A DNA stretch of 64,000 nucleotides from an uncultured Gammaproteobacteria bacterium (GTDB lineage Bacteria; Patescibacteriota; Patescibacteriia; VMEV01; CAYQCH01), in NCBI GenBank assembly GCA_964503955.1, contig CAZDCG010000002.1:13047-77046 (forward strand), in the 5' to 3' direction. Below, piece by piece: positions 29,121-37,478 of the stretch. How positions within the stretch are numbered: position 1 is the first letter of the stretch; the number at the start of each line of letters is the position of its first letter. The notes beneath the pieces were generated by a model that was not told the DNA's origin, made no database searches, and saw only the letters and a program-made list of their open reading frames with translations. The position numbers and the translations under genes were made by a program.

Positions 29121-30452
29121 ATGGCGAAAAAGAAGAAAGCAGTACCAAAAGAAAAACCTTCTGTTCCCCAGCGCATTACGGGCCCGCGGTCATTGCAGCT
29201 CGTTTCCGGTCTGCGCGACCGCATCGGCAAAGAAGTAAAGTGGTGGGGGTATTATCAGCAAGTCGCCTTTGAGGTGATGGAGAAATATAATTTTTTCCTC
29301 ATGCATCCGGCGAGCATTGAGTACACCACCGCGTTTACGCGGACGCTTGGCAAAGATCACCCGCTCGTGAATGAAAATTTACTGACCGTTTTAGATTCCA
29401 CCAAGGAGCATCTCTCTTTGCGCCCAAGCTTTGACGTGTCGTACTTGCGCGCATATTACCTGCATCATCGACAGGATTTTGAAAACGGCATGCCGATCGA
29501 CCATTGGTATACCATCGGTTCGGTGTATGGCGAACAGTTTGATCCGCGCGAAAAGCTGCAGATGCATATGGCTGTTCTTGGGAATCCGCATCCTGTCGTG
29601 GACGCGGAATGCACTGTGGCCGCGTATCGCTTTCTGCAGGCGCTTGGATTTTCACAAATCCAGGTGTTGATCAACAGCATCGGGGGCAAGCAGTCGCAGC
29701 AGGCGTATAAACAGGAGCTGAGCACCTATTATAAAGACCACAAAAAAGATCTTCCGGCCGACGTGCATGCGCATATCGGCAAAGATCCATTCGCGATTTT
29801 GGCGTCAACGCATGAGCAGTGCAAGAAGGTGAATGCGGAAGCACCGCAAAGCGTTGACTGGCTTGTGGAGGAAGACAAGGAGCATTTCATCCGCGTGCTT
29901 GAATATCTTGACGAGCTTGAAGTGCCGTATATGCTCGCGCCGGACATGGTTCCAACCGGAGCCGAATTCCGCAACAAAACCTTGATCTCATTGAAGGTTA
30001 CAACGGACGACGGAACGGATTATCTCCTCGCGCAGGGGGGCCGCGCAGACGGCATCGGAGATGATATCATCGACATGGATGTTCCAATGATGAATATGTC
30101 CATTGATCTTGACCGATGTTTAACGGCCACGAGAAATCAGAAGCTTGAAATCCCGCAGGAACGGGTCGCGCAGGTTTTCCTCGCGCAGCTTGGAGATGAA
30201 GCAAAAAAGCGCGCTCTCAGTTTACGTGAAGAATTGCATGAAGCCGGCATCAAAACCGTTGAGCATTTCGGGCAAGACAGCTTAAAGGAGCAGCTGGAGC
30301 AGGCGATGAAGCTTGGAGTGGCCTACACCTGCATTCTGGGCCAGAAAGAAATTCTTGATAAAACCATTCTCGTCCGCGACATGGATGGGGGAATCCAGGA
30401 AGAAGTGCCTCTCAACAAGCTTGTTGTGGAGCTGAAGAAGCGTCTGGCCTGA
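29121..30452 (+). CDS. Histidyl-tRNA synthetase-like class II protein with a divergent catalytic core
   Basis: Homologous to HisRS over its whole length (LRPS.. corresponds to LRPEGT, and ...LINSIGG to ..LNSIGS). C-terminal anticodon-binding-like domain (VAYTCILGQKEILDKTILVRDMDGG). Motif-2 arginines are replaced (EKLQMHM against RYRQFHQ). N-terminal MAKKKKAVPKEKPSVP tail. Start taken at the ATG at 29121. Confidence 0.65.
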   Translation: MAKKKKAVPKEKPSVPQRITGPRSLQLVSGLRDRIGKEVKWWGYYQQVAFEVMEKYNFFLMHPASIEYTTAFTRTLGKDHPLVNENLLTVLDSTKEHLSLRPSFDVSYLRAYYLHHRQDFENGMPIDHWYTIGSVYGEQFDPREKLQMHMAVLGNPHPVVDAECTVAAYRFLQALGFSQIQVLINSIGGKQSQQAYKQELSTYYKDHKKDLPADVHAHIGKDPFAILASTHEQCKKVNAEAPQSVDWLVEEDKEHFIRVLEYLDELEVPYMLAPDMVPTGAEFRNKTLISLKVTTDDGTDYLLAQGGRADGIGDDIIDMDVPMMNMSIDLDRCLTATRNQKLEIPQERVAQVFLAQLGDEAKKRALSLREELHEAGIKTVEHFGQDSLKEQLEQAMKLGVAYTCILGQKEILDKTILVRDMDGGIQEEVPLNKLVVELKKRLA

Positions 30453-30545
30453 GATTGACGAATCAAGAGCATTTTAGTATGGTTCATGCATGCAGAGGCT
30501 GATGCGGCCTTCTGCCATTTACCATAATCTATTGTAGAAAGGAAG

Positions 30546-30806
30546 GTGATTTTTCTGTCTAGCGTTGTCGATGTAAAGAAGAAAAAAGGCGAACGATTCG
30601 ATTCACTCTTGCGCCGTTTCAACAAACGAGTTATTGCGAGCGGAAAGCTGTTTCAGGCTCGCAAAATCCGTTACCGTGAACGTCCAATGAGCAAAACCCG
30701 CGTGAAAGGGCGCGCATTGCGACGAATGGAAATTGGAGATAAGCGCGAGTGGTTAAGAAAGACCGGCCAGCTGGTTGAAGATCAGCAGGGCCGCCGACGA
30801 AGATAA
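30546..30806 (+). CDS. rpsU: 30S ribosomal protein S21
   Basis: KKGERFDSLLRRFNKRV matches the S21 signature (ExFDxALRRFKR). Basic C-terminus. GTG start at 30546 just after the RBS aaaggaagg. Confidence 0.75.
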   Translation: MIFLSSVVDVKKKKGERFDSLLRRFNKRVIASGKLFQARKIRYRERPMSKTRVKGRALRRMEIGDKREWLRKTGQLVEDQQGRRRR

Positions 30807-30863
30807 ATATAAAGAGAAGAGGATGCCTCTGTGTGGAGGAGGTTCTCTACAAACTGCTGAGCT

Positions 30864-32477
30864 ATGCGAAGTTTGAAGCCCCATTTGCGCGGCTTTGCCG
30901 GGTACCTGATACTCGCGATTGTTGTGCTCATTGGCGCAAACGCTGTCTTTAACACCCCTGCCTTGGCGCAGGTAGATGTTGGATTGGAGCAGGCTGAGCA
31001 GATTGGACTTACAGGAACCGATCCTCGACTCATTGTCGCTCGCATTATTCAAGTAGCCCTCGGCGTGCTGGGTATCACCGCCGTGGGGCTTCTTATTTAT
31101 GCGGGCTTTTTGTGGATGACATCCGGCGGGGAAGACGAAAAAGTCGGCCGAGCAAAGACGCTTTTGCGAAATGCGTTGATCGGCTTGATCCTGATTCTGT
31201 CCGCATTTGCCATCGTGACCTATGTCTTCAGCATTTTGCGCCCTGATCTGTATTCAACGCCTCCGATCGGTTCGCGGGGAGGGATTGGCGGTATCGGAGG
31301 CGGCGGAGGTTTCCCGATCGGTGTCATCTCCTCGCATTACCCGGATCGAGGACAAACCAATGTCGCGCGCAATACCAATATCATGGTGACATTCACCGAG
31401 CCGATACTTGTTGAAAGCATTATCGATAATGCCGGAACACCAGATAATCCCGCTGATGATCGTTTAAATACGGAAAACATTTTTATCCGACGTTCGGCCG
31501 ATGATCCAAATGATGGACCTTTCGTGCCGGCCGCAGCGGCTGCGTCTGAAGACGGACGTTCCTTTGTCTTTGACCCGATTGATCTTCTTGGTTCGTCTGA
31601 AGAAAACACCCTTTATACCGTCGTGCTTGGGGAAGGAATCACGACCGCGCAGGGAAGAGGCGCATTTGGAAATTTCGGTGCCTATGCATGGGAATTTGAA
31701 GTGGGAACCTTTATCGATCTTGAGCCGCCGCAGGTGGAAAGCGTGATTCCGGCGCAGAGTTCAACGCATCCTCGCAATGTCGTGGTGCAAATCAACTTTA
31801 ATGAAGCAATGAATCCGCTTACGGCCAGCGGAGAAGTAGGGGCTGGTTTTGATGCGATCTCGATCCGCCAAGCGGACGGCAGCGTCGTGGAAGGCCGATA
31901 CATGATCAGCAATCAGTATCGGACCGTCGAATTTATCACCAATGATTTGTGCGGGAAGAATTCCTGCGGCGAAGACGTGTTTTGTTTGCCCGGAGATGCC
32001 GCACTGACAGCTCTCCTGCGTGCGGCGACAATCAGTTTGTCACCCCCTACGGCGGCTTTTCCATATGACGGATTAACGGATGCGGCGGCAAATTCGCTCG
32101 ACGGAAATCTTGACGGTTCCGCGCAAGGTCCGCAAACGGATAATTATACCTGGTCGTTTCAAACAACCAATCAAATCGATTTGACCGCGCCGGTTATTGT
32201 CTCGGTATCGCCAAATCCATTTTCTACCCAGGTCGATCTGAATGCTCCGGTTACGGCAACTTTCAGCAAACCGCTTCAATTCAGCACCATCAACCGTAAA
32301 TCGGTGAGCGTGGACGGCCTGGAAGATTACCGGTTGAATGCCAGTTCGCAAGGCGGGCAATCTCGTATCGACATTCTGCATCGAGGGCTTTTGGAAGAGA
32401 CAACCTATACGCCGGTTGTGACATCAGATGTTCGCGATCTTTATCAGAATTGTTATCGCCCTTGTGTCGGTCCTTAA
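30864..32477 (+). CDS. Surface protein with an N-terminal T4SS-pilin-like two-helix domain and SbsA-type Ig-like repeats
   Basis: Signal peptide, then IIQVALGVLGITAVGLLIYAGFLWMTSGGEDEKVGRAKTLLRNALIGLILILSAFAIVTYVF (the hydrophobic-SGG-KAK-hydrophobic pattern of CPR VirB2/TrbC-like pilin domains). Gly-rich linker GGIGGIGGGGG. At least three repeats of the PPxVxSVxPxxxxxxVxxxxxIxxxFxExM type. Confidence 0.6.
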   Translation: MRSLKPHLRGFAGYLILAIVVLIGANAVFNTPALAQVDVGLEQAEQIGLTGTDPRLIVARIIQVALGVLGITAVGLLIYAGFLWMTSGGEDEKVGRAKTLLRNALIGLILILSAFAIVTYVFSILRPDLYSTPPIGSRGGIGGIGGGGGFPIGVISSHYPDRGQTNVARNTNIMVTFTEPILVESIIDNAGTPDNPADDRLNTENIFIRRSADDPNDGPFVPAAAAASEDGRSFVFDPIDLLGSSEENTLYTVVLGEGITTAQGRGAFGNFGAYAWEFEVGTFIDLEPPQVESVIPAQSSTHPRNVVVQINFNEAMNPLTASGEVGAGFDAISIRQADGSVVEGRYMISNQYRTVEFITNDLCGKNSCGEDVFCLPGDAALTALLRAATISLSPPTAAFPYDGLTDAAANSLDGNLDGSAQGPQTDNYTWSFQTTNQIDLTAPVIVSVSPNPFSTQVDLNAPVTATFSKPLQFSTINRKSVSVDGLEDYRLNASSQGGQSRIDILHRGLLEETTYTPVVTSDVRDLYQNCYRPCVGP

Positions 32478-32480
32478 CCT

Positions 32481-35400
32481 ATGAAGCGGATTTTGCTGAC
32501 CATTTTCATCGCGCTTTCCTTCTTTCTTCCTGCTTCCTCCGTTCTGGCGCAGGAAGCGGGGGCGGATTCTCCTGTTGAAACCGTCGTCCAGGAAACATCA
32601 TCGGTAAGCACCGGCTGGAGAGTTGCGCAGATTATCGCGCTGGCCGGGGCCGTCATCAGCCTTGGCATGCTGATTTACGGGGCGGTGTTGTGGCGCAATG
32701 CCGTGCAGAATAATGATTTGCTCATGGCCGACCGCGGCCGTAATCTAACCGTCTTGTTCGGTATCGTTTTTTTCCTGTTCCTTGTTCTATTGCTTATCAG
32801 CTTTGTGGTAATTGCGCGCCAGCAGTCGCGCCAGACGGAGCAACAGCAGCAAATACAAACAACCGGTACCGGCGGATTGAGCGTTCGGGACTCACTCTTG
32901 CTTGTTGAGGCGATTCCAAATTCCGCGGTTCCTATCCGCAATGTTGCTGTTCAGCTGCTGTTCAACCAACCCGTCAGTCAGATCAATGTAGAACAGCATA
33001 TTTTGGTATCAGCGCAAGAAGGAGAAGGACCGGTGGTCGGAACCTGGACCGTGGAAGGGGAATATGCCGTCTTTCAGCCGAATCAAGCCTGTCCCGCGCC
33101 CAATCAGAATCTGCGCTGTTTTGATGCCAACCAAACCTTTGTTGTGACTATTGCACAGGAATTGACGAGCGAAGACGGGGATGCGTTCCGTTGCTCGCTT
33201 GCCGCATCTTCCGAGCAATGCCGGTTTACCTTCACGACGGGAGAAGCGGTTGATTCCACCCCTCCGACGGCGCGCATCTCCTTGCCGCTCAATGATGCCG
33301 CGGTGGCTCAGGATTCCGCGCAGCAGGTAGAAGCGCTGGCAAGCGACGATCTGGCGGTGGCTTCCTTGCACTTCTTCGCGGATGGAGAACGAATCGGCGT
33401 ATCAGCCGCGCCGGGCAATGAGTTGCAAACTTCTTTTCGGGCATCCGCCATTTGGTTGACGGAAGGGCTCGCCATTGGATCGATGCATACGATCCGGGCG
33501 GTTGCGTATGATTTCGCCGGCAGAACGGGCGAAGCAGTGCCCGTGCAGGTGGAAATTCTTCCCGCTTACTGTTTTGACGGCCAGCAGAATGAAGACGAAG
33601 AAGGGCTTGATTGCGGAGGGCCGACCTGCCGCGCCTGCCAGGGAGCGGTCTGCAGCAGCAATGAGGATTGCGCATCAGGACTTTGCTTTAACGGTGTCTG
33701 TCAGGAATTCCCGGTGATTGAAGAAGTGATTTATCCAAACGGCGCTCCGGGAAACCTTGTGACGATTCGCGGGAAGAATTTCGGATCCGAGCCTGGATCC
33801 GTGATTTTCCTTGGAGGAGCCAGTGATGCGGATAATGTACCGGGGCAGCTTCCGCCATGCGAAGCATATTGGACGAATCAGGAAGTCATTATCGAGGTTC
33901 CAGCAGGAGCTGTCAGCGGGCCGCTTCGGCTTGAAACGGCACAGGCGCTCTACGATACCACCGACGACAGCAAAGGAGAGCGCGTTGTATTTGAAGTAAA
34001 CGATCTTGTCCGTCCAACGCTCTGCGCTGTTTTGCCGCCTTCGCAACAGGTGGGGCGATCTGTTCAGATTATCGGCAAAGCGCTTGGCGAGGAACCTGGC
34101 AAGGTCTTCTTCGGACAGAATGCCGCCAGCCGCGTTCAGGGCTGGGCCGATGACATCATTTCAGAAGTTTTTCTACCATCCATGCAGGCAGGTCCGGTTT
34201 CGGTCAGCGTGGAAGCGGCTGGAGAACGAAGCAATCCTGTGCACTTCCTTGTGCAGGAATCCGATACATTGCCGTTCATTGAATCGATCACGCCTGACCG
34301 CGGACCTGTCGGACAAATGTTCAGTCTGCGCGGGCGGCATTTCACCGCATCCGCGCTGGTTCGTTTTCTTGATCCGCGGACTGGGGAAACCATCCTTGCT
34401 GATACGCGATTGCCCCGGGAATGCGAGCAATATATTTCCAATCAGCAGCGCGCGTATCGCGTGCCAAATCTCGAACCGGGAACATATCAGGTTTATCTCG
34501 AAACGGAAATCGGCCAAAGCAATAGCGTTGATTTTGTGGTCACCCGCGGAGAACGCCTGCCAGGCCTTTGCGGCATGACACCGGACAATGGCCCGCTTGG
34601 CATTGAGGTCACGCTGCACGGAGAAGGGTTTGGAAGCCAAGCCGGCGCCGTGCGGTTCACTCCGCGCATTGATGACACGCAAATTCTTTCCTGGCGCGAT
34701 AACCGCGTGCAGGCGGTTGTGCCTGCGACAGCACAGTCAGGTCCTGTACAGGTTGTGAACGCGGCGGGCGCTTTAAGCAATGCTTTGGATTTCACCATTG
34801 GAACCTGCAGCCCGGATACATGCTCTGAAGGTCTTGTTTGTTGCGGCTCAGGCTCATGCCAGGCAGCCGGCAGCTGTGCGCAGAATATTCCATACTGTTC
34901 GTATCAATGGGTCTTTAGCACAGGTGATGATCTTGGCGGGCCTCCACGGGTGATTGAAGACGCTTCCTGCAGAAGCAATACGCAAAGCCCTTCTCCGTAT
35001 AAAGACACAAAAGACGCATGTTTGAACGCGCAAATCTCGGCGCGGTTTACCCACGACATGCTCGACAACTCGCTTTCAACCGACAATATCGTTGTACATC
35101 GCTGCAATACCGGCGACTTGCTTGATTCATCTCAATGCCAGGTCGAGGTCAATCTTGCGAGTCTCACCATCATCAATGCGGGACAACCAGGCGAGGGATT
35201 CATTGCCGCGCCGCAGGTCGCTCTTGAACCGGATACCTGGTACGAAGTTGTGCTCAGCACCGGGTTTACGGCTGAAAACGGGCTATCCATGGCATCACCG
35301 TATCGTTGGGTCTTTAAAACGCAGGTGGGAGACGGCCAATGCCAGGTCGATCATATCGAAGTTACACCAGCGTCCGCCACGCTCAGGCAGCTGCTTGATC

Positions 35401-37427
35401 GACAATCCTATGCTGCTCTTCCGATCGCTTTGAATTGCAATATTCTGAATCCTGATGAATTCACCTGGGGATGGCTGAGTTCGGACACCTCAAAAGCGCA
35501 AGTATTCTTCTCAAACGAGCCTCGAAATACGGCCACGGCCGTTGGACCAACTGATCCAGAACCGCCGGTACGCATCATTGGCCAATTGCCTGAATATGGG
35601 CTTTCTGATGAAGGACTTCTTACCGTGCGTTTGCAGCCGCCGCTGGTTGTGAACAAATGGCCGAATTGCGGCTCTGCCTGCGTGAATGCAATGATCGGTG
35701 CTCGCTTTGATCAAGCCATGAATGAATCTTCCGTGACCAACACGGCCAATGTTCAGCTATTCCGTTGTGCGGATCGCACCTGCGCTCGAGAGGGGATGGT
35801 TTCATCCGGGGTTTCTTCTCTGCGGTATAACCAAACCGATCAATCCCTCTTTTTCCTGCCGGCAGCCGGCGCTCTTGCTCAGAACACAACCTATCGCGTG
35901 GTTTTAAAGAATCTGACCAGCACCAGCGGCTTGGGATTAGGAAACCTCAATTATGACAGCGATGAGACAAGGGGGCTCGACAGTTATTCCTGGGTTTTCA
36001 GCGTGAGAGACAGCGCGGACCTTTGCACGGTTGAGGATGTCGCGGTGATCCCTTCTTTTGCTTCTTCTTCACTGATTGGTGAAGAATTCGATTATTTCTC
36101 TTTGCCGCTCTCTCCGCCGGATGCCTGCAGTCCTGAAGGACAATACCTCAATCCGGAAGCATATAACTGGGGATGGGCTTCCAGCCAGGCTGCGGTTGGA
36201 ACCGTGAGCACGGACGATATTGTTCCTCCTTCAGGATTCGTCGATCCGTATCAGATCACGAGAAGTACAGGACCTGGAGAAACTTCCATTACGGCACGCA
36301 CGCAGGACGCGAGCGGTGACGGCGATTTGCTTGTTGCCTGCGGATTCCAATCCGATCTTGATTGTCCGGCTCCGGCAACCGTGGATACCTTTGGCGTCGG
36401 CTCGGATTCCTGCTGCCGCGAGCGTCCAAGTGTGCGTTCATTCAATCCGCCTTCCGGATCAGAATCTGTTTGCACGACGCTTGGTATCGAGGTGCAATTC
36501 AACCAGGAAATGAATATCAGTTCCTTGCTCAGCAATATAGTCCTTGAGCGTTTCAACGGCTCGCAGCCATGCGCCGCGGTGCAGACAACCGCCTGGCAGA
36601 GAATGAAGGGGGTTGTGCATCGACTGCTTGCCTGGATGCTTCCGCCGGCATCAGCGCAGACTGAACATTGGTGTCAGATCCCTGCCAATATTGTGGTTAC
36701 GCAATACCTGGAAGGTTCCAGAGCGACCGTTTTTCCTCAATCTGAACTTGCGCAAAATACGCAATACCGTGTGCGCGTACAGGGGGATGCGGCCATCAAT
36801 GACGGAGTGAATCAGGGAGTAAGAAGCGCCTTTGATGTTTCCATGAATGGCGATGCCGTAAGCCTGTTCAGCACGGGCGAGGCGAAATGTAATCTTGATC
36901 TTGTTGATGTGATCATCACACCTCCGGGGAAACCTGGTTCAAAAGATGTCTTCTTCTGCGCGGTTCGCAACGATTGTCCGGGGGACGTGAATCCGGCAGT
37001 AGACGGCAATCAGCATCGATATGTTGCTGTTGGGCGCGATTTACGAGGTTTTGTCGTGCCAGGCAATTACCGATGGACAACAAACTCCGGCTCATTGGCC
37101 GGCTTGAACGCAACCGACCAGCAGGAGGTTGAAGTCAGCACGCAGCCGGAAAACGGAAATGCTTATGTTACCGTTCACGCGAACGCGGTGGCACCATCGG
37201 AGGGAAGCGTTTCGCGAACCGTCATGATCAAAATCTTCCTCTGTGAAAATCCATGGCCAAGCATTCTCGATTTCCCGTATACCGACTTCGATTTCAACTA
37301 TGATACATTCTACTGCCGCGATTTTGGCGAACCTGGTGTTTTCGATGACCTTCCTCCGCTCTCATCGCCGATTGTCGGAGACGCGGTAGGGGGCTTCCTG
37401 CACGAACGATTATTCATTGTTGAATGA
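32481..37427 (+). CDS. Giant 1648-aa surface protein with an N-terminal pilin-like domain, at least three IPT/TIG domains, Ig-like domains and a Cys-rich module
   Basis: N-terminus VAQIIALAGAVISLGMLIYGAVLWRNA...LFGIVFFLFLVLLLISFVVIA. IPT/TIG-like units VIEEVIYPNGAPGNLVTIRGKNFG, IESITPDRGPVGQMFSLRGRHF and LCGMTPDNGPLGIEVTLHGEGFG. Cys-rich block CFDGQQNEDEEGLDCGGPTCRACQGAVCSSNEDCASGLCFNGVCQ. Confidence 0.65.
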   Translation: MKRILLTIFIALSFFLPASSVLAQEAGADSPVETVVQETSSVSTGWRVAQIIALAGAVISLGMLIYGAVLWRNAVQNNDLLMADRGRNLTVLFGIVFFLFLVLLLISFVVIARQQSRQTEQQQQIQTTGTGGLSVRDSLLLVEAIPNSAVPIRNVAVQLLFNQPVSQINVEQHILVSAQEGEGPVVGTWTVEGEYAVFQPNQACPAPNQNLRCFDANQTFVVTIAQELTSEDGDAFRCSLAASSEQCRFTFTTGEAVDSTPPTARISLPLNDAAVAQDSAQQVEALASDDLAVASLHFFADGERIGVSAAPGNELQTSFRASAIWLTEGLAIGSMHTIRAVAYDFAGRTGEAVPVQVEILPAYCFDGQQNEDEEGLDCGGPTCRACQGAVCSSNEDCASGLCFNGVCQEFPVIEEVIYPNGAPGNLVTIRGKNFGSEPGSVIFLGGASDADNVPGQLPPCEAYWTNQEVIIEVPAGAVSGPLRLETAQALYDTTDDSKGERVVFEVNDLVRPTLCAVLPPSQQVGRSVQIIGKALGEEPGKVFFGQNAASRVQGWADDIISEVFLPSMQAGPVSVSVEAAGERSNPVHFLVQESDTLPFIESITPDRGPVGQMFSLRGRHFTASALVRFLDPRTGETILADTRLPRECEQYISNQQRAYRVPNLEPGTYQVYLETEIGQSNSVDFVVTRGERLPGLCGMTPDNGPLGIEVTLHGEGFGSQAGAVRFTPRIDDTQILSWRDNRVQAVVPATAQSGPVQVVNAAGALSNALDFTIGTCSPDTCSEGLVCCGSGSCQAAGSCAQNIPYCSYQWVFSTGDDLGGPPRVIEDASCRSNTQSPSPYKDTKDACLNAQISARFTHDMLDNSLSTDNIVVHRCNTGDLLDSSQCQVEVNLASLTIINAGQPGEGFIAAPQVALEPDTWYEVVLSTGFTAENGLSMASPYRWVFKTQVGDGQCQVDHIEVTPASATLRQLLDRQSYAALPIALNCNILNPDEFTWGWLSSDTSKAQVFFSNEPRNTATAVGPTDPEPPVRIIGQLPEYGLSDEGLLTVRLQPPLVVNKWPNCGSACVNAMIGARFDQAMNESSVTNTANVQLFRCADRTCAREGMVSSGVSSLRYNQTDQSLFFLPAAGALAQNTTYRVVLKNLTSTSGLGLGNLNYDSDETRGLDSYSWVFSVRDSADLCTVEDVAVIPSFASSSLIGEEFDYFSLPLSPPDACSPEGQYLNPEAYNWGWASSQAAVGTVSTDDIVPPSGFVDPYQITRSTGPGETSITARTQDASGDGDLLVACGFQSDLDCPAPATVDTFGVGSDSCCRERPSVRSFNPPSGSESVCTTLGIEVQFNQEMNISSLLSNIVLERFNGSQPCAAVQTTAWQRMKGVVHRLLAWMLPPASAQTEHWCQIPANIVVTQYLEGSRATVFPQSELAQNTQYRVRVQGDAAINDGVNQGVRSAFDVSMNGDAVSLFSTGEAKCNLDLVDVIITPPGKPGSKDVFFCAVRNDCPGDVNPAVDGNQHRYVAVGRDLRGFVVPGNYRWTTNSGSLAGLNATDQQEVEVSTQPENGNAYVTVHANAVAPSEGSVSRTVMIKIFLCENPWPSILDFPYTDFDFNYDTFYCRDFGEPGVFDDLPPLSSPIVGDAVGGFLHERLFIVE

Positions 37428-37478
37428 TATTTCGTGATGCATGGAACTTTGGTATCATAGAAAGATGAAATCATTCTT

